A stretch of 62,651 nucleotides of DNA from positions 1 through 62,651 of the forward strand of contig MNVC01000012.1 of NCBI GenBank assembly GCA_001871435.1. The letters run 5' to 3'. Under the pieces are notes generated by a model. That model was not told where the DNA came from. It saw only the letters and a list, made by a program, of their open reading frames with translations, and searched no databases. This document shows, piece after piece, positions 26,625-34,372 of the stretch. Source of the DNA: Candidatus Magasanikbacteria bacterium CG1_02_32_51 (GTDB lineage: Bacteria > Patescibacteriota > Patescibacteriia > Magasanikbacterales > UBA922). A program made the position numbers and the translations under genes. How positions within the stretch are numbered: the first letter of the stretch is position 1; each line of letters starts with the position of its first letter.

Positions 26625-28598
26625 ATGGGAAAAATATTAGGAATAGATCTAGGAACAACCAACAGTTGTATGGCTATCATCGAAGGTGGTCAGCCAAAAG
26701 TACTAGAAAACAAAGAAGGAAATAGAACTACACCATCGGTAGTAGCAATTTCCAAAACAGGTGAGCGTCTTGTTGGTCAACTTGCCAAGCGTCAAGCTGT
26801 AACCAATCCAAGTAATACTCTTTATTCTATCAAGCGTCTGATTGGGCGTCGTTTTGAGGATAAAGAAGTACAAGATACTATCAAACATTCACCTTATACT
26901 ATTGTCAAAGATGGTGATAAATTGAAAATAAAAATGGGTGACAAAGAATATACTCCACCAGAAATTTCAGCCATGATTTTGCAAAAATTAAAAGCAGATG
27001 CTGAAGAAAAACTTGGTGAAAAAATAACTGAAGCTGTAATTACAGTTCCTGCTTATTTTGATGATTCACAAAGACAAGCTACTATTGCTGCTGGTGAAAT
27101 AGCTGGATTAAAAGTTGCTCGTATTATTAATGAGCCTACAGCAGCTGCTTTTGCTTATGGTTTTGACAAAAAAGGTGATCAACAAATTGTAGTTTATGAT
27201 TTGGGTGGTGGTACTTTTGATGTCTCTGTTTTGGAAATTTCTCATGATGGCGCACAATCTACAGTAGAAGTAAAAGCTACTAACGGTGATACACATCTTG
27301 GTGGTGATGACTTTGATAAAAAAATTATGGAATGGATTCTAGAAGAATTCAAAAAAACAGAAGGCATTAATCTTGGTAATGATCCATTATCATTACAACG
27401 TGTCAGAGACGCTGCTGAAAAAATAAAAATTGAATTATCAAGTACTGTAGATGGCGAAGTCAATGAACCATTTATTACTTCTGGTGTTGAAGGTCCAAAA
27501 CATTTAAGTTTGAAACTTAGTCGTGCTAGATTGGAAGAACTTGTGTCTGATCTTGTTGAAAGAACTATGGTTCCTCTTAGAAAAGCTCTTGAAGATGCTG
27601 GAATCAAAAAAGAAGATATTAATGAAGTAGTGCTAGTTGGTGGTATGACTCGTATGCCACTTGTACAACAAAGTGTTGAAAAATTTTTTGGTAAAAAACC
27701 ACATGTTGGTGTCAATCCAGACGAAGTGGTGGCTGTAGGTGCTGCTATTCAAGCTGGTCAACTTCAAGGTGACTTGGGCAAAGAAATTTTACTTCTTGAT
27801 GTCACTCCACTTTCTCTTGGTCTTGAAACTCTTGGTGGTGTATGTACAAAGCTTATAGATAGAAATACCACTATTCCAACAAGTAAAACTCAAGTATTTT
27901 CTACAGCAGCTGATAGTCAACCAAGCGTAGAAATTCATGTTTTGCAAGGTGAACGTGAAATGGCAGTTGATAACAAAGCATTGGGAACATTTATGCTTGA
28001 TGGAATTCCACCAGCTCCTCGTGGTATACCACAAATTGAAGTAAAATTTGATATTGATGCCAATGGAGTATTGCAAGTATCAGCCAAAGACAAAGGTACT
28101 GGTAAAGAACAATCAATTCGTATTGAAGCTTCCTCTGGACTTTCTGATGCAGATATAGAAAAAATGAAAAAAGACGCTGAAGCTCATGCTGATGAAGACA
28201 AGAAAAAACGTGAAATGATTGATATCAAAAATACAGCTGATACTATGATTTATACTACAGAAAAAATGATGAAAGATATTATTGAAAAGAAAATAGAAGT
28301 TACAGATGAAGAAAAGAAAAAAGTAGAGGAAGGTTTAACAAAATTAAAAGAAGTAAAAGAAAAAGATAATATTGAAGAAATTAAAAAAGTTGCTGATGAA
28401 TTGTCTACTGCAGCTCAAGCTATTGGTATGAAAATGTATCAACAAGAATCAGCCTCCGCTAAGGCTTCGGCTGACAAGCAAGGTGCTGGTACTGAGGAAG
28501 TTAAGACTGAAGAAAAGTCCGCCCAAGGCGGATCCGACTCGGTCGGAAAAGATGAAGGTGAATCTGTAGAAGGTGAAGTGGTTGATGATAAAAAATAA
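26625..28598 (+). CDS. dnaK: Molecular chaperone DnaK (Hsp70)
   Basis: [27 protein letters not shown] and so on. The C-terminal tail carries GC-hairpin repeat sequence. Confidence 0.98.
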   Translation: MGKILGIDLGTTNSCMAIIEGGQPKVLENKEGNRTTPSVVAISKTGERLVGQLAKRQAVTNPSNTLYSIKRLIGRRFEDKEVQDTIKHSPYTIVKDGDKLKIKMGDKEYTPPEISAMILQKLKADAEEKLGEKITEAVITVPAYFDDSQRQATIAAGEIAGLKVARIINEPTAAAFAYGFDKKGDQQIVVYDLGGGTFDVSVLEISHDGAQSTVEVKATNGDTHLGGDDFDKKIMEWILEEFKKTEGINLGNDPLSLQRVRDAAEKIKIELSSTVDGEVNEPFITSGVEGPKHLSLKLSRARLEELVSDLVERTMVPLRKALEDAGIKKEDINEVVLVGGMTRMPLVQQSVEKFFGKKPHVGVNPDEVVAVGAAIQAGQLQGDLGKEILLLDVTPLSLGLETLGGVCTKLIDRNTTIPTSKTQVFSTAADSQPSVEIHVLQGEREMAVDNKALGTFMLDGIPPAPRGIPQIEVKFDIDANGVLQVSAKDKGTGKEQSIRIEASSGLSDADIEKMKKDAEAHADEDKKKREMIDIKNTADTMIYTTEKMMKDIIEKKIEVTDEEKKKVEEGLTKLKEVKEKDNIEEIKKVADELSTAAQAIGMKMYQQESASAKASADKQGAGTEEVKTEEKSAQGGSDSVGKDEGESVEGEVVDDKK

Positions 28599-28652
28599 TT
28601 TGTAAGCAGAATAGGCAAATTAAGCAGAATAGGCAGAATAAGTATAATTGAA

Positions 28653-28767
28653 TTTCCCTCCTCGAGAGCCTGTGCCGTACTTGATACGGTAAGGGATTAA
28701 GGGAGGTGTAACCGTCTTAGTAATATAAACATGGTAACACCATCTTGACCTCTCTCGAGGGAGGAAC
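28653..28767. repeat. Family B GC-rich multi-hairpin element, copy 2
   Basis: TTTCCCTCCTCGAG...GGGAGGTGTAACCGT...GGTAACACC...CTCTCGAGGGAGGAA. Shares termini and inner stem with 14547-14638. Confidence 0.65.
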
Positions 28768-28904
28768 TCACGAAAGTAAATAAACATCTTTGCCCTGTCT
28801 TGATTTTTGAGATGGGACAAATGGTTTGTTTAATTGAATATATTGTAGTAAAATGTAGACATATATTTTAGATGTTAGATATTAGAGAATGATTTTAAGT
28901 CCTG

Positions 28905-29545
28905 GAAGGACATGAAGATTTTAGGCTGGTACTTTAGTACCAGTAAAAAATGTAGTTTATGTAGTCCCAGAGGGACGATTGATGAAAATATGTCAGATAC
29001 TTTTTCAAAATTATTTTTTCATGTTGTTTTCAGTACCAAGGAAAGGATAAAATTTCTTAAACCAGATTTGAGAGTTAGACTCTTTGAATATATGGGTGGA
29101 ATAGCTAAAAATAATAATTTTCAAACAGTATTTACAAATGGTACAGATGACCATTTACACACATTATTATTATTGAAGCCAAATATAGCTGTATCAAAAG
29201 CTGTCCAGCTTTTGAAAGGTGGTTCTTCAAAATGGATACATGATAATTTTTTAGATTTGAAAATGTTTACTTGGTAGAGTGGTTTTGGTGCTTTTTCTGT
29301 TAGTCATTCCCAGGTTGAAAAAGTTATAGAATATATTTCAAAGCAGGAAGAACATCATAAAAAAATGGATTTTAAAGAGGAATACAAAAAACTATTGAAA
29401 ATAAATAATATAGATTATAAAGAACAATATTTATTTTAAACATGTAGTTCATTCGTCCCTCTGGGACTAAATATTATTATAATTTATATACGGGTACTGA
29501 AGTACCCGCCTAAATACTTATTGTCCCTCTGGGACTTGTTTATAG
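28905..29545 (+). mobile_element. IS200/IS605-superfamily Y1 (RAYT-like) unit with REP-like flanking hairpins
   Basis: 5' flank: CTGGTAC-ttta-GTACCAG and GTCCC-aga-GGGAC. 3' flank: GTCCC-tct-GGGAC (twice) and CGGGTAC-tgaa-GTACCCG, in inverted order around the HUH gene. Confidence 0.65.
28990..29439 (+). pseudogene. REP-associated tyrosine transposase (RAYT / IS200-like TnpA), inactivated
   Basis: FFHVVFSTKER, HUH motif DDHLHTLLL, KGGSSKWI. In-frame TAG at 29275-29277 falls where W-Q-x-G-Y-GAFS is expected (reads W-stop-S-G-F-GAFSVS). The frame continues to ...QEEHHKK...TAA 29437-29439. Confidence 0.7.
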
Positions 29546-29560
29546 GAAATGTAAGTATTT

Positions 29561-29603
29561 CAAAATTGTTTTAAAATTTAAAATTACTAAATTTAAAATT
29601 TTT
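29561..29603 (+). repeat. Family E AT-rich element directly upstream of dnaJ
   Basis: CAAAATTGTTTTAAAATTTAAAATTACTAAATTTAAAATTTTT. Near-identical to 44813-44851 and 47504-47545. Confidence 0.7.
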
Positions 29604-29609
29604 ATAATT

Positions 29610-30731
29610 ATGTCCAAAGATTATTACAAAATTCTTGGTGTAGACAAAGGCACTACTAAAGAAGAAATCAAAAAATCTTTTCGAAAATTAGCTCACGAAT
29701 ATCATCCAGACAAAAAGACTGGCAACGAAGATAAATTCAAAGAGATAAATGAAGCTTACCAAGTTTTGGGTGATGATAACAAACGCAAACAATATGATCA
29801 ATATGGAGCTGATTTTGAACAACAAGGTGGCTTTGGCGGTGGTATGAATTGGAATGACTTTATGAATAAAGCAAGGAGTGGTGACTTTGAAAATTTTTCT
29901 TCCCAAGGCGGATCAACTTGGAGCGAAGATGGAATTGATTTGGGAGATATCTTTGGTGACATTTTTGGTTTTGGTGGTGGAAGAAGTAGAGGAAGATCTC
30001 GTACTATGAGAGGAAATGATATTCAAGTTAGTGTGGAGTTGGAATTTCGTGAAGCAATTTTTGGTGTAGAAAAAGAAATAAGATTAACAAAAAATAATGT
30101 TTGTAGTGTCTGTAGTGGTAGTGGTGCTGAATCTGGAGCTGGTACAGAAACTTGTAGTGATTGTCGTGGTCAAGGACAAATAAAGAGAGTTCAACAAACA
30201 ATTCTTGGGGCAATGCAAAGTGTTGTGACTTGTCAGCGTTGTCAGGGTAGTGGTCAAATTCCAAAGAAAGTTTGTAAACATTGTAGTGGTAAAGGTGTAG
30301 TTCATAGTGATTCCAAATATAAAGTAAAGATTCCAGCGGGAATTTCAGATGGTGAAATGATTCGTTTGTCTGAAAAAGGGGAGAGTGCTGGAGTTGGTAG
30401 TAATCCTGGAGATCTCTATGTCCGTGTTCATGTAAAGTCTGAGAATGGTTTTGAAAGACAGGGTTTTGATATATTTACTGCTATTAACATTTCTTATCCA
30501 CAAGCTGTGTTAGGTGATAAAGTAGAGATAAATACGCTAGAAGGTAAAAAAAATTTGATTATACCAGAAGGTACCATCTCAGGACAAAAATTTAAACTAA
30601 AAGGTCTTGGTGTACCAAGACTACAGCGTAGTGGCAAAGGTGATCAATATGTGACAGTGATAATTGATGTCCCAAAGAAAATAAGTAAAAAAGTTAAAAA
30701 GATATTGGAAGAATTAAAAGGGGAATTGTAA
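29610..30731 (+). CDS. dnaJ: Co-chaperone DnaJ
   Basis: J-domain HPD (EYHPDK), G/F region, four CxxCxGxG zinc motifs. Confidence 0.96.
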   Translation: MSKDYYKILGVDKGTTKEEIKKSFRKLAHEYHPDKKTGNEDKFKEINEAYQVLGDDNKRKQYDQYGADFEQQGGFGGGMNWNDFMNKARSGDFENFSSQGGSTWSEDGIDLGDIFGDIFGFGGGRSRGRSRTMRGNDIQVSVELEFREAIFGVEKEIRLTKNNVCSVCSGSGAESGAGTETCSDCRGQGQIKRVQQTILGAMQSVVTCQRCQGSGQIPKKVCKHCSGKGVVHSDSKYKVKIPAGISDGEMIRLSEKGESAGVGSNPGDLYVRVHVKSENGFERQGFDIFTAINISYPQAVLGDKVEINTLEGKKNLIIPEGTISGQKFKLKGLGVPRLQRSGKGDQYVTVIIDVPKKISKKVKKILEELKGEL

Positions 30732-30767
30732 GTGTTAAAATTGCTGTAGATGATTATAAAAGATTTT

Positions 30768-30797
30768 AAAAAACCAGTTTTTATAACTGGTTTTTTT
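30768..30797 (+). terminator. Rho-independent terminator of dnaJ
   Basis: AACCAGTT tttat AACTGGTT followed by TTTTT. Confidence 0.7.
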
Positions 30798-30801
30798 GGT
30801 C

Positions 30802-30830
30802 TTGACAAATTTGGCTTTTTTTTGTAGTCT
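30802..30830 (+). promoter_or_regulatory. Promoter candidate of GC-rich cassette 2
   Basis: TTGACA (30802-30807), 17 nt spacer, TAGTCT (a weak -10). Confidence 0.35.
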
Positions 30831-30864
30831 TATTTTTGGCTCTCAAGAAAAAGGAGAATGAGCC

Positions 30865-31098
30865 ATGCCGAATCAGGAAATAGATGGTGTGATCCTTGAA
30901 ATTTTGCAGACATCACCTACACAAGGTGGTGCTTGCAATGAGATTATGAACTTTTATAGTCAAAAGCTCGACAACAAGATGCGATGGTTGACTAAGCCGA
31001 TGGTTATTTATCACCAAAATGGTGAACGGCGTGCGTTTCTTAGACTAGTAAAAGAGAATGGTCAATCTCTGACCGTCTCAGTAAGGATCCCTGTCTAG
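30865..31098 (+). CDS. Hypothetical 77-aa protein, GC-rich cassette 2
   Basis: AAGGAGA lies 7 nt before the ATG. G/C-ending codon usage is unlike the neighbours. No motif recognised. Confidence 0.5.
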   Translation: MPNQEIDGVILEILQTSPTQGGACNEIMNFYSQKLDNKMRWLTKPMVIYHQNGERRAFLRLVKENGQSLTVSVRIPV

Positions 31099-31124
31099 TA
31101 TTCGCGTTTATAAACTGTGCTGGT

Positions 31125-31154
31125 TTGATCCCCCAAAGGATTTAACCAGCACGG
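31125..31154 (+). terminator. Hairpin after cassette 2
   Basis: CTGTGCTGGTT ... AACCAGCACGG (one G-T pair). No clear T-run. Confidence 0.4.
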
Positions 31155-31200
31155 TTAGTTACTTATTATAAAATAAAAAAATTATCAAAAGCCTTACAGA

Positions 31201-31605
31201 TTATTTTGAATGTATATCCAAAACCTTGTTTACCTCTCTATCAGCTTCTTTGTTTCCTGCTCGTAAAATATGTTTTATTTTAAATTTTTTGAATTGTTGT
31301 AGGGCATTCCAAGCCTGGATGAAGAGTTTTTGAATTGTAGGTTCTTTCACTTTCCAATTTCTGTTTAGTTGCTCACAAACTAGTTTACTATCTACTATAC
31401 AATCTACTTCGTCAGCTCCTAGTTCTTTGGCTTTTTTTAGTCCTGAAATTATGGCCATATATTCGGCAAAGTTATTTGTTTGTACTCCCAAAAATTCACC
31501 ATAACTCGCGACGTTTTGTCCTTCTTCGTTTTTTATTACAATACCTGTGGCTGAAGGTCCTGGGTTACCACGGGAGCCGCCGTCGGTGTAGATAGATAAT
31601 TTCAT
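31201..31605 (-). CDS. rnhA: Ribonuclease HI family protein
   Basis: MKLSIYTDGGSRGNPGPSA...NNFAEYMA...DSKLV...NKEAD (DEDD catalytic pattern). The internal Met is preferred because the ORF 5' end lies in repeat C2. Confidence 0.8.
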   Translation of the reverse strand: MKLSIYTDGGSRGNPGPSATGIVIKNEEGQNVASYGEFLGVQTNNFAEYMAIISGLKKAKELGADEVDCIVDSKLVCEQLNRNWKVKEPTIQKLFIQAWNALQQFKKFKIKHILRAGNKEADREVNKVLDIHSK

Positions 31606-31617
31606 AGGGTAATATAA

Positions 31618-31771
31618 TCTCGAAGCGTAGCGAGAGATCTTTCTCAGCAAACGCCATTTTAATTAACTAACCGTTGGCTGATTCTAAAAGACTTCAGAAT
31701 CAATTAACGTTTTTATTTTTTTAAAAATTTTTATTTAGGAAAGATCCTTCGTCGTATTCTCGACTCAGGAT
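31618..31771. repeat. Family C composite element, copy 2 (opposite orientation to copies 1 and 3)
   Basis: TCTCG-aagcgtag-CGAGA, GAGATCTTTCTC, TGATTCT...AGAATCA, ...AACGTTTTTATTTTTTTAAAAATTTTTATTTAGGAAAGATCCTTCGTCG...CTCAGGAT. Confidence 0.6.
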
Positions 31772-33531
31772 GACTTACGCAAATCAACTATCGTCAATTG
31801 CAATTCTCTATTCCCATTCCACTCATTGACATCAATTTCAAAGACCATATCTATTTTATCACCAATTTTCAAAAGTTTACACCAGTTGATATCACCATTA
31901 GTATCACAAAGACTCCAGCCAATAGTTTTGCGGATTTTACTGTCTTGTTTGACTGTTAGTTTTAGATGTTTTGCTTCCTTACCAACTGTCTTTATATCAA
32001 AAATTTCTAAATCTCTAGTCAAATACTTTGGTCTGTCATTGTGTATGCCAAAAGGTTTGAAATTTTCTAATAAATCAAATAATTCCCAATCTACTTCTGT
32101 CAATTTTATTTCCGCATCAATTTTGATAGTCGGATTCATGTCTTGATCTTTGGTTTTTTCATTGTATTTGCTTATCATGTAAGTTTTGAAATCCTCAAGT
32201 TTTTCTTTATTAGCTAAAGTAAAACCACAAGCCATAGGGTGTCCACCATATTTGAGAAAAAGTTCAGGATTTTCTTGAAATGTTTCTATAATATTGAAAC
32301 CCTCAATACTTCGGCCTGATCCTGTAATTTCTTTTTCACCATCAGACATTGCAAGTGTTGGTTTGTAATATTTTTCTTTTATTTTGCCAGCAATTAGCCC
32401 AACTAGTCCAGTAGGCCAACCACTGCCAATCACAAATAGTACTGGATTGTTCATTTGATTTTTTTCTATTTGTTCAATACTTTTTTTGAAAAGTTCTTCG
32501 GTGAGAGTTTGTCTTTCTTTGTTGTTTTGGTCTAGTTCAAAAGCAAGATCAACTGCGTCAGTACCCTTTTCAGCCATCATAAGATTGTAGGCAACATTGG
32601 CGTGATTGATACGTCCAGCTGCATTTATTCTAGGTGCAATTTGAAAACCTATAGTATAAGTATCCAAATTTCTTTTCATACTGCCGTCTTGTTCAACAAT
32701 TCTTGCTTCTAATAAAAGTTTTTGCAAACCAAGACGTTTTGTTTTGTTGAGAACAAGTAAGCCATATTTGGTCAAAGTGCGTGATTCACCAATGAGTGGA
32801 ACCATATCAGCTACGCTGGAAATTGCCACCATATCCAAAAGCCATTTTTCATGTGATTCATGTTTTTCACCATTGCTTAGAAGTTCATTTTTTTCTTTAT
32901 GTTTGATAAGTAAGGCTTGCATTAGTTTGAAAGCTACACCACCACCAGAAAGCCATTTGTCAGGATAAGGTTCATCTTCAATCTTGGGATGAATTATCGC
33001 AAAAGCTTTTGGTAAAGTAGGTGGAATAGTGTGGTGATCTGTAATAATCACATCAACTTTTTTTTCATTGGCAAAATCAACTTCTTTAGTATTACTAATT
33101 CCACAATCGCAGGTAATGATAAGTTTCGCTCCATCTTTAGCAAGATCTTCCACTGCTCTAGTATTTAGACCATAACCATCTGTTTCGCGATGGGGGAGAA
33201 AGACATCAACATTGTCATAACCCATAGCCCGTAAAGTAGAAACCAAAATTACTGAAGCAGAAACTCCATCAGCATCATAATCACCATAAATAATAATTTT
33301 TTCTTTTTTATCAATTGCTTTGAAGATTCTTTTGACAGCTTTCTTCATGTCTTTGAACAAATAAGGATCGTGAATATCTACAGAATAATCTGGATTCAAA
33401 AATTCGTCTATTTGTCTTTGAGTTTTGATGTTTCTGTGATACAACAAAATAGCTACGGTTTTTGATAGTTCAGGAAATTCTTCAAAAAAAGATTGAGGAG
33501 GTTCTTCTAATATTTTCCAGACTTTTTGCAT
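31765..33531 (-). CDS. recJ: Single-stranded-DNA-specific exonuclease RecJ
   Basis: DHH family motifs (GDYDADG, ITCDCG, ITDHH) and DHHA1 (GGHPMACG). Confidence 0.92.
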   Translation of the reverse strand: MQKVWKILEEPPQSFFEEFPELSKTVAILLYHRNIKTQRQIDEFLNPDYSVDIHDPYLFKDMKKAVKRIFKAIDKKEKIIIYGDYDADGVSASVILVSTLRAMGYDNVDVFLPHRETDGYGLNTRAVEDLAKDGAKLIITCDCGISNTKEVDFANEKKVDVIITDHHTIPPTLPKAFAIIHPKIEDEPYPDKWLSGGGVAFKLMQALLIKHKEKNELLSNGEKHESHEKWLLDMVAISSVADMVPLIGESRTLTKYGLLVLNKTKRLGLQKLLLEARIVEQDGSMKRNLDTYTIGFQIAPRINAAGRINHANVAYNLMMAEKGTDAVDLAFELDQNNKERQTLTEELFKKSIEQIEKNQMNNPVLFVIGSGWPTGLVGLIAGKIKEKYYKPTLAMSDGEKEITGSGRSIEGFNIIETFQENPELFLKYGGHPMACGFTLANKEKLEDFKTYMISKYNEKTKDQDMNPTIKIDAEIKLTEVDWELFDLLENFKPFGIHNDRPKYLTRDLEIFDIKTVGKEAKHLKLTVKQDSKIRKTIGWSLCDTNGDINWCKLLKIGDKIDMVFEIDVNEWNGNRELQLTIVDLRKSS

Positions 33532-33543
33532 AGAATTTAATTT

Positions 33544-33745
33544 ATCCTGAGCCGACGAAGTACGGCGTGAGGATCTTTCTCAAATAAAAACGTTTTTTAT
33601 TTATTTAATCCGCCCAAGGCGGACAAGGTTTAATTCCTCGTAGCTTGCTGCGAAATAATCCAATTGATACCTCGTAGCAAGCTGACGAGGTAGTTCATTT
33701 TTTTAGACGTGGTTATTCGTTTTCAATATATATATCTATTTATGT
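33544..33745. repeat. Family C element, copy 3, with a family A long-form element (33607-33708) nested inside
   Basis: ATCCTGAGCCGACGAAG...GAGGATCTTTCTCAAATAAAAACGTTTTTTATTTATTTAAT, then the A element, then TTTTAGACGTGGTTATTCGTTTTCAATATATATAT. In copy 1 the two halves are contiguous. Confidence 0.7.
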
Positions 33746-33763
33746 AATCTTTTTTAAGTTAAT

Positions 33764-33871
33764 TTATTTGAAAGTGCTAAAGATAGGTAGAATTGTAAAA
33801 AATAGCATTGCAAAAATAGCTATTATTGAAATTATAGTCCAGAGAACTTTTATTTTTTTTGATCCGTACAT
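33764..33871 (-). CDS. Possible 35-aa small membrane protein
   Basis: MYGSKKIKVLWTIISIIAIFAMLFFTILPIFSTFK. Its ATG is preceded by a family I element, exactly as for infB. Below the ORF-track size cutoff. Confidence 0.25.
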   Translation of the reverse strand: MYGSKKIKVLWTIISIIAIFAMLFFTILPIFSTFK

Positions 33872-33925
33872 ATTTATAAAGGCTTAAAATGCCTAAAAAG
33901 CTAGAAAGGCTAAAAAGGCTTTGAT
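33872..33925 (-). repeat. Family I element, copy 1
   Basis: The reverse complement AATCAAAGCCTTTTTAGCCTTTCTAGCTTTTTAGGCATTTTAAGCC matches 51664-51720. Confidence 0.6.
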
Positions 33926-34353
33926 TAATTTTTAAACGATTGTATTAATTCTTCACTTGGAGATTTTGCTTTTTTCCAACGTTCTTTCATATTATGTGTC
34001 CAGAGAGGCATACTAAGTTCGTCACCTTCCCATTTATATCTTGGTATAATCCACATGTGTAACTTTTTTAATTCATTATCAAGTTTGTCCCAATTTAATC
34101 TAACAAAATTTTTATCCTGCAACAATTTACTTTTTATATAAATTAGTGCTTCTCTAAAATCTCTTGCAAAATTAGAATACTCTTCATCTGTCAAATCCGT
34201 TATATCTTCTACTTCTATTTTTGCTCTAAAAATACACATAACAGGAACAATTTGTTTGTCTGCTAACAATAGAAAACCAGAAGGATATTCTTTTATTACA
34301 TATGCTTTTCTTTCGTCTTCAATTTCAGTCAGAGTAATTTTTGAATCTTTCAT
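33925..34353 (-). CDS. Hypothetical protein, possibly HIT-like with a degenerate histidine triad
   Basis: KLHMWIIPRY sits where HIT proteins carry HxHxHxxPR. Weak assignment. Confidence 0.3.
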   Translation of the reverse strand: MKDSKITLTEIEDERKAYVIKEYPSGFLLLADKQIVPVMCIFRAKIEVEDITDLTDEEYSNFARDFREALIYIKSKLLQDKNFVRLNWDKLDNELKKLHMWIIPRYKWEGDELSMPLWTHNMKERWKKAKSPSEELIQSFKN

Positions 34354-34372
34354 ATTATTTGAAAGTTATTTT

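Noticed and set aside
28603-28635. 15-bp direct repeat TAAGCAGAATAGGCA twice, after dnaK
   Set aside because: It is a real tandem duplication but tiny and single-locus. It is most simply replication slippage next to repeat B2.
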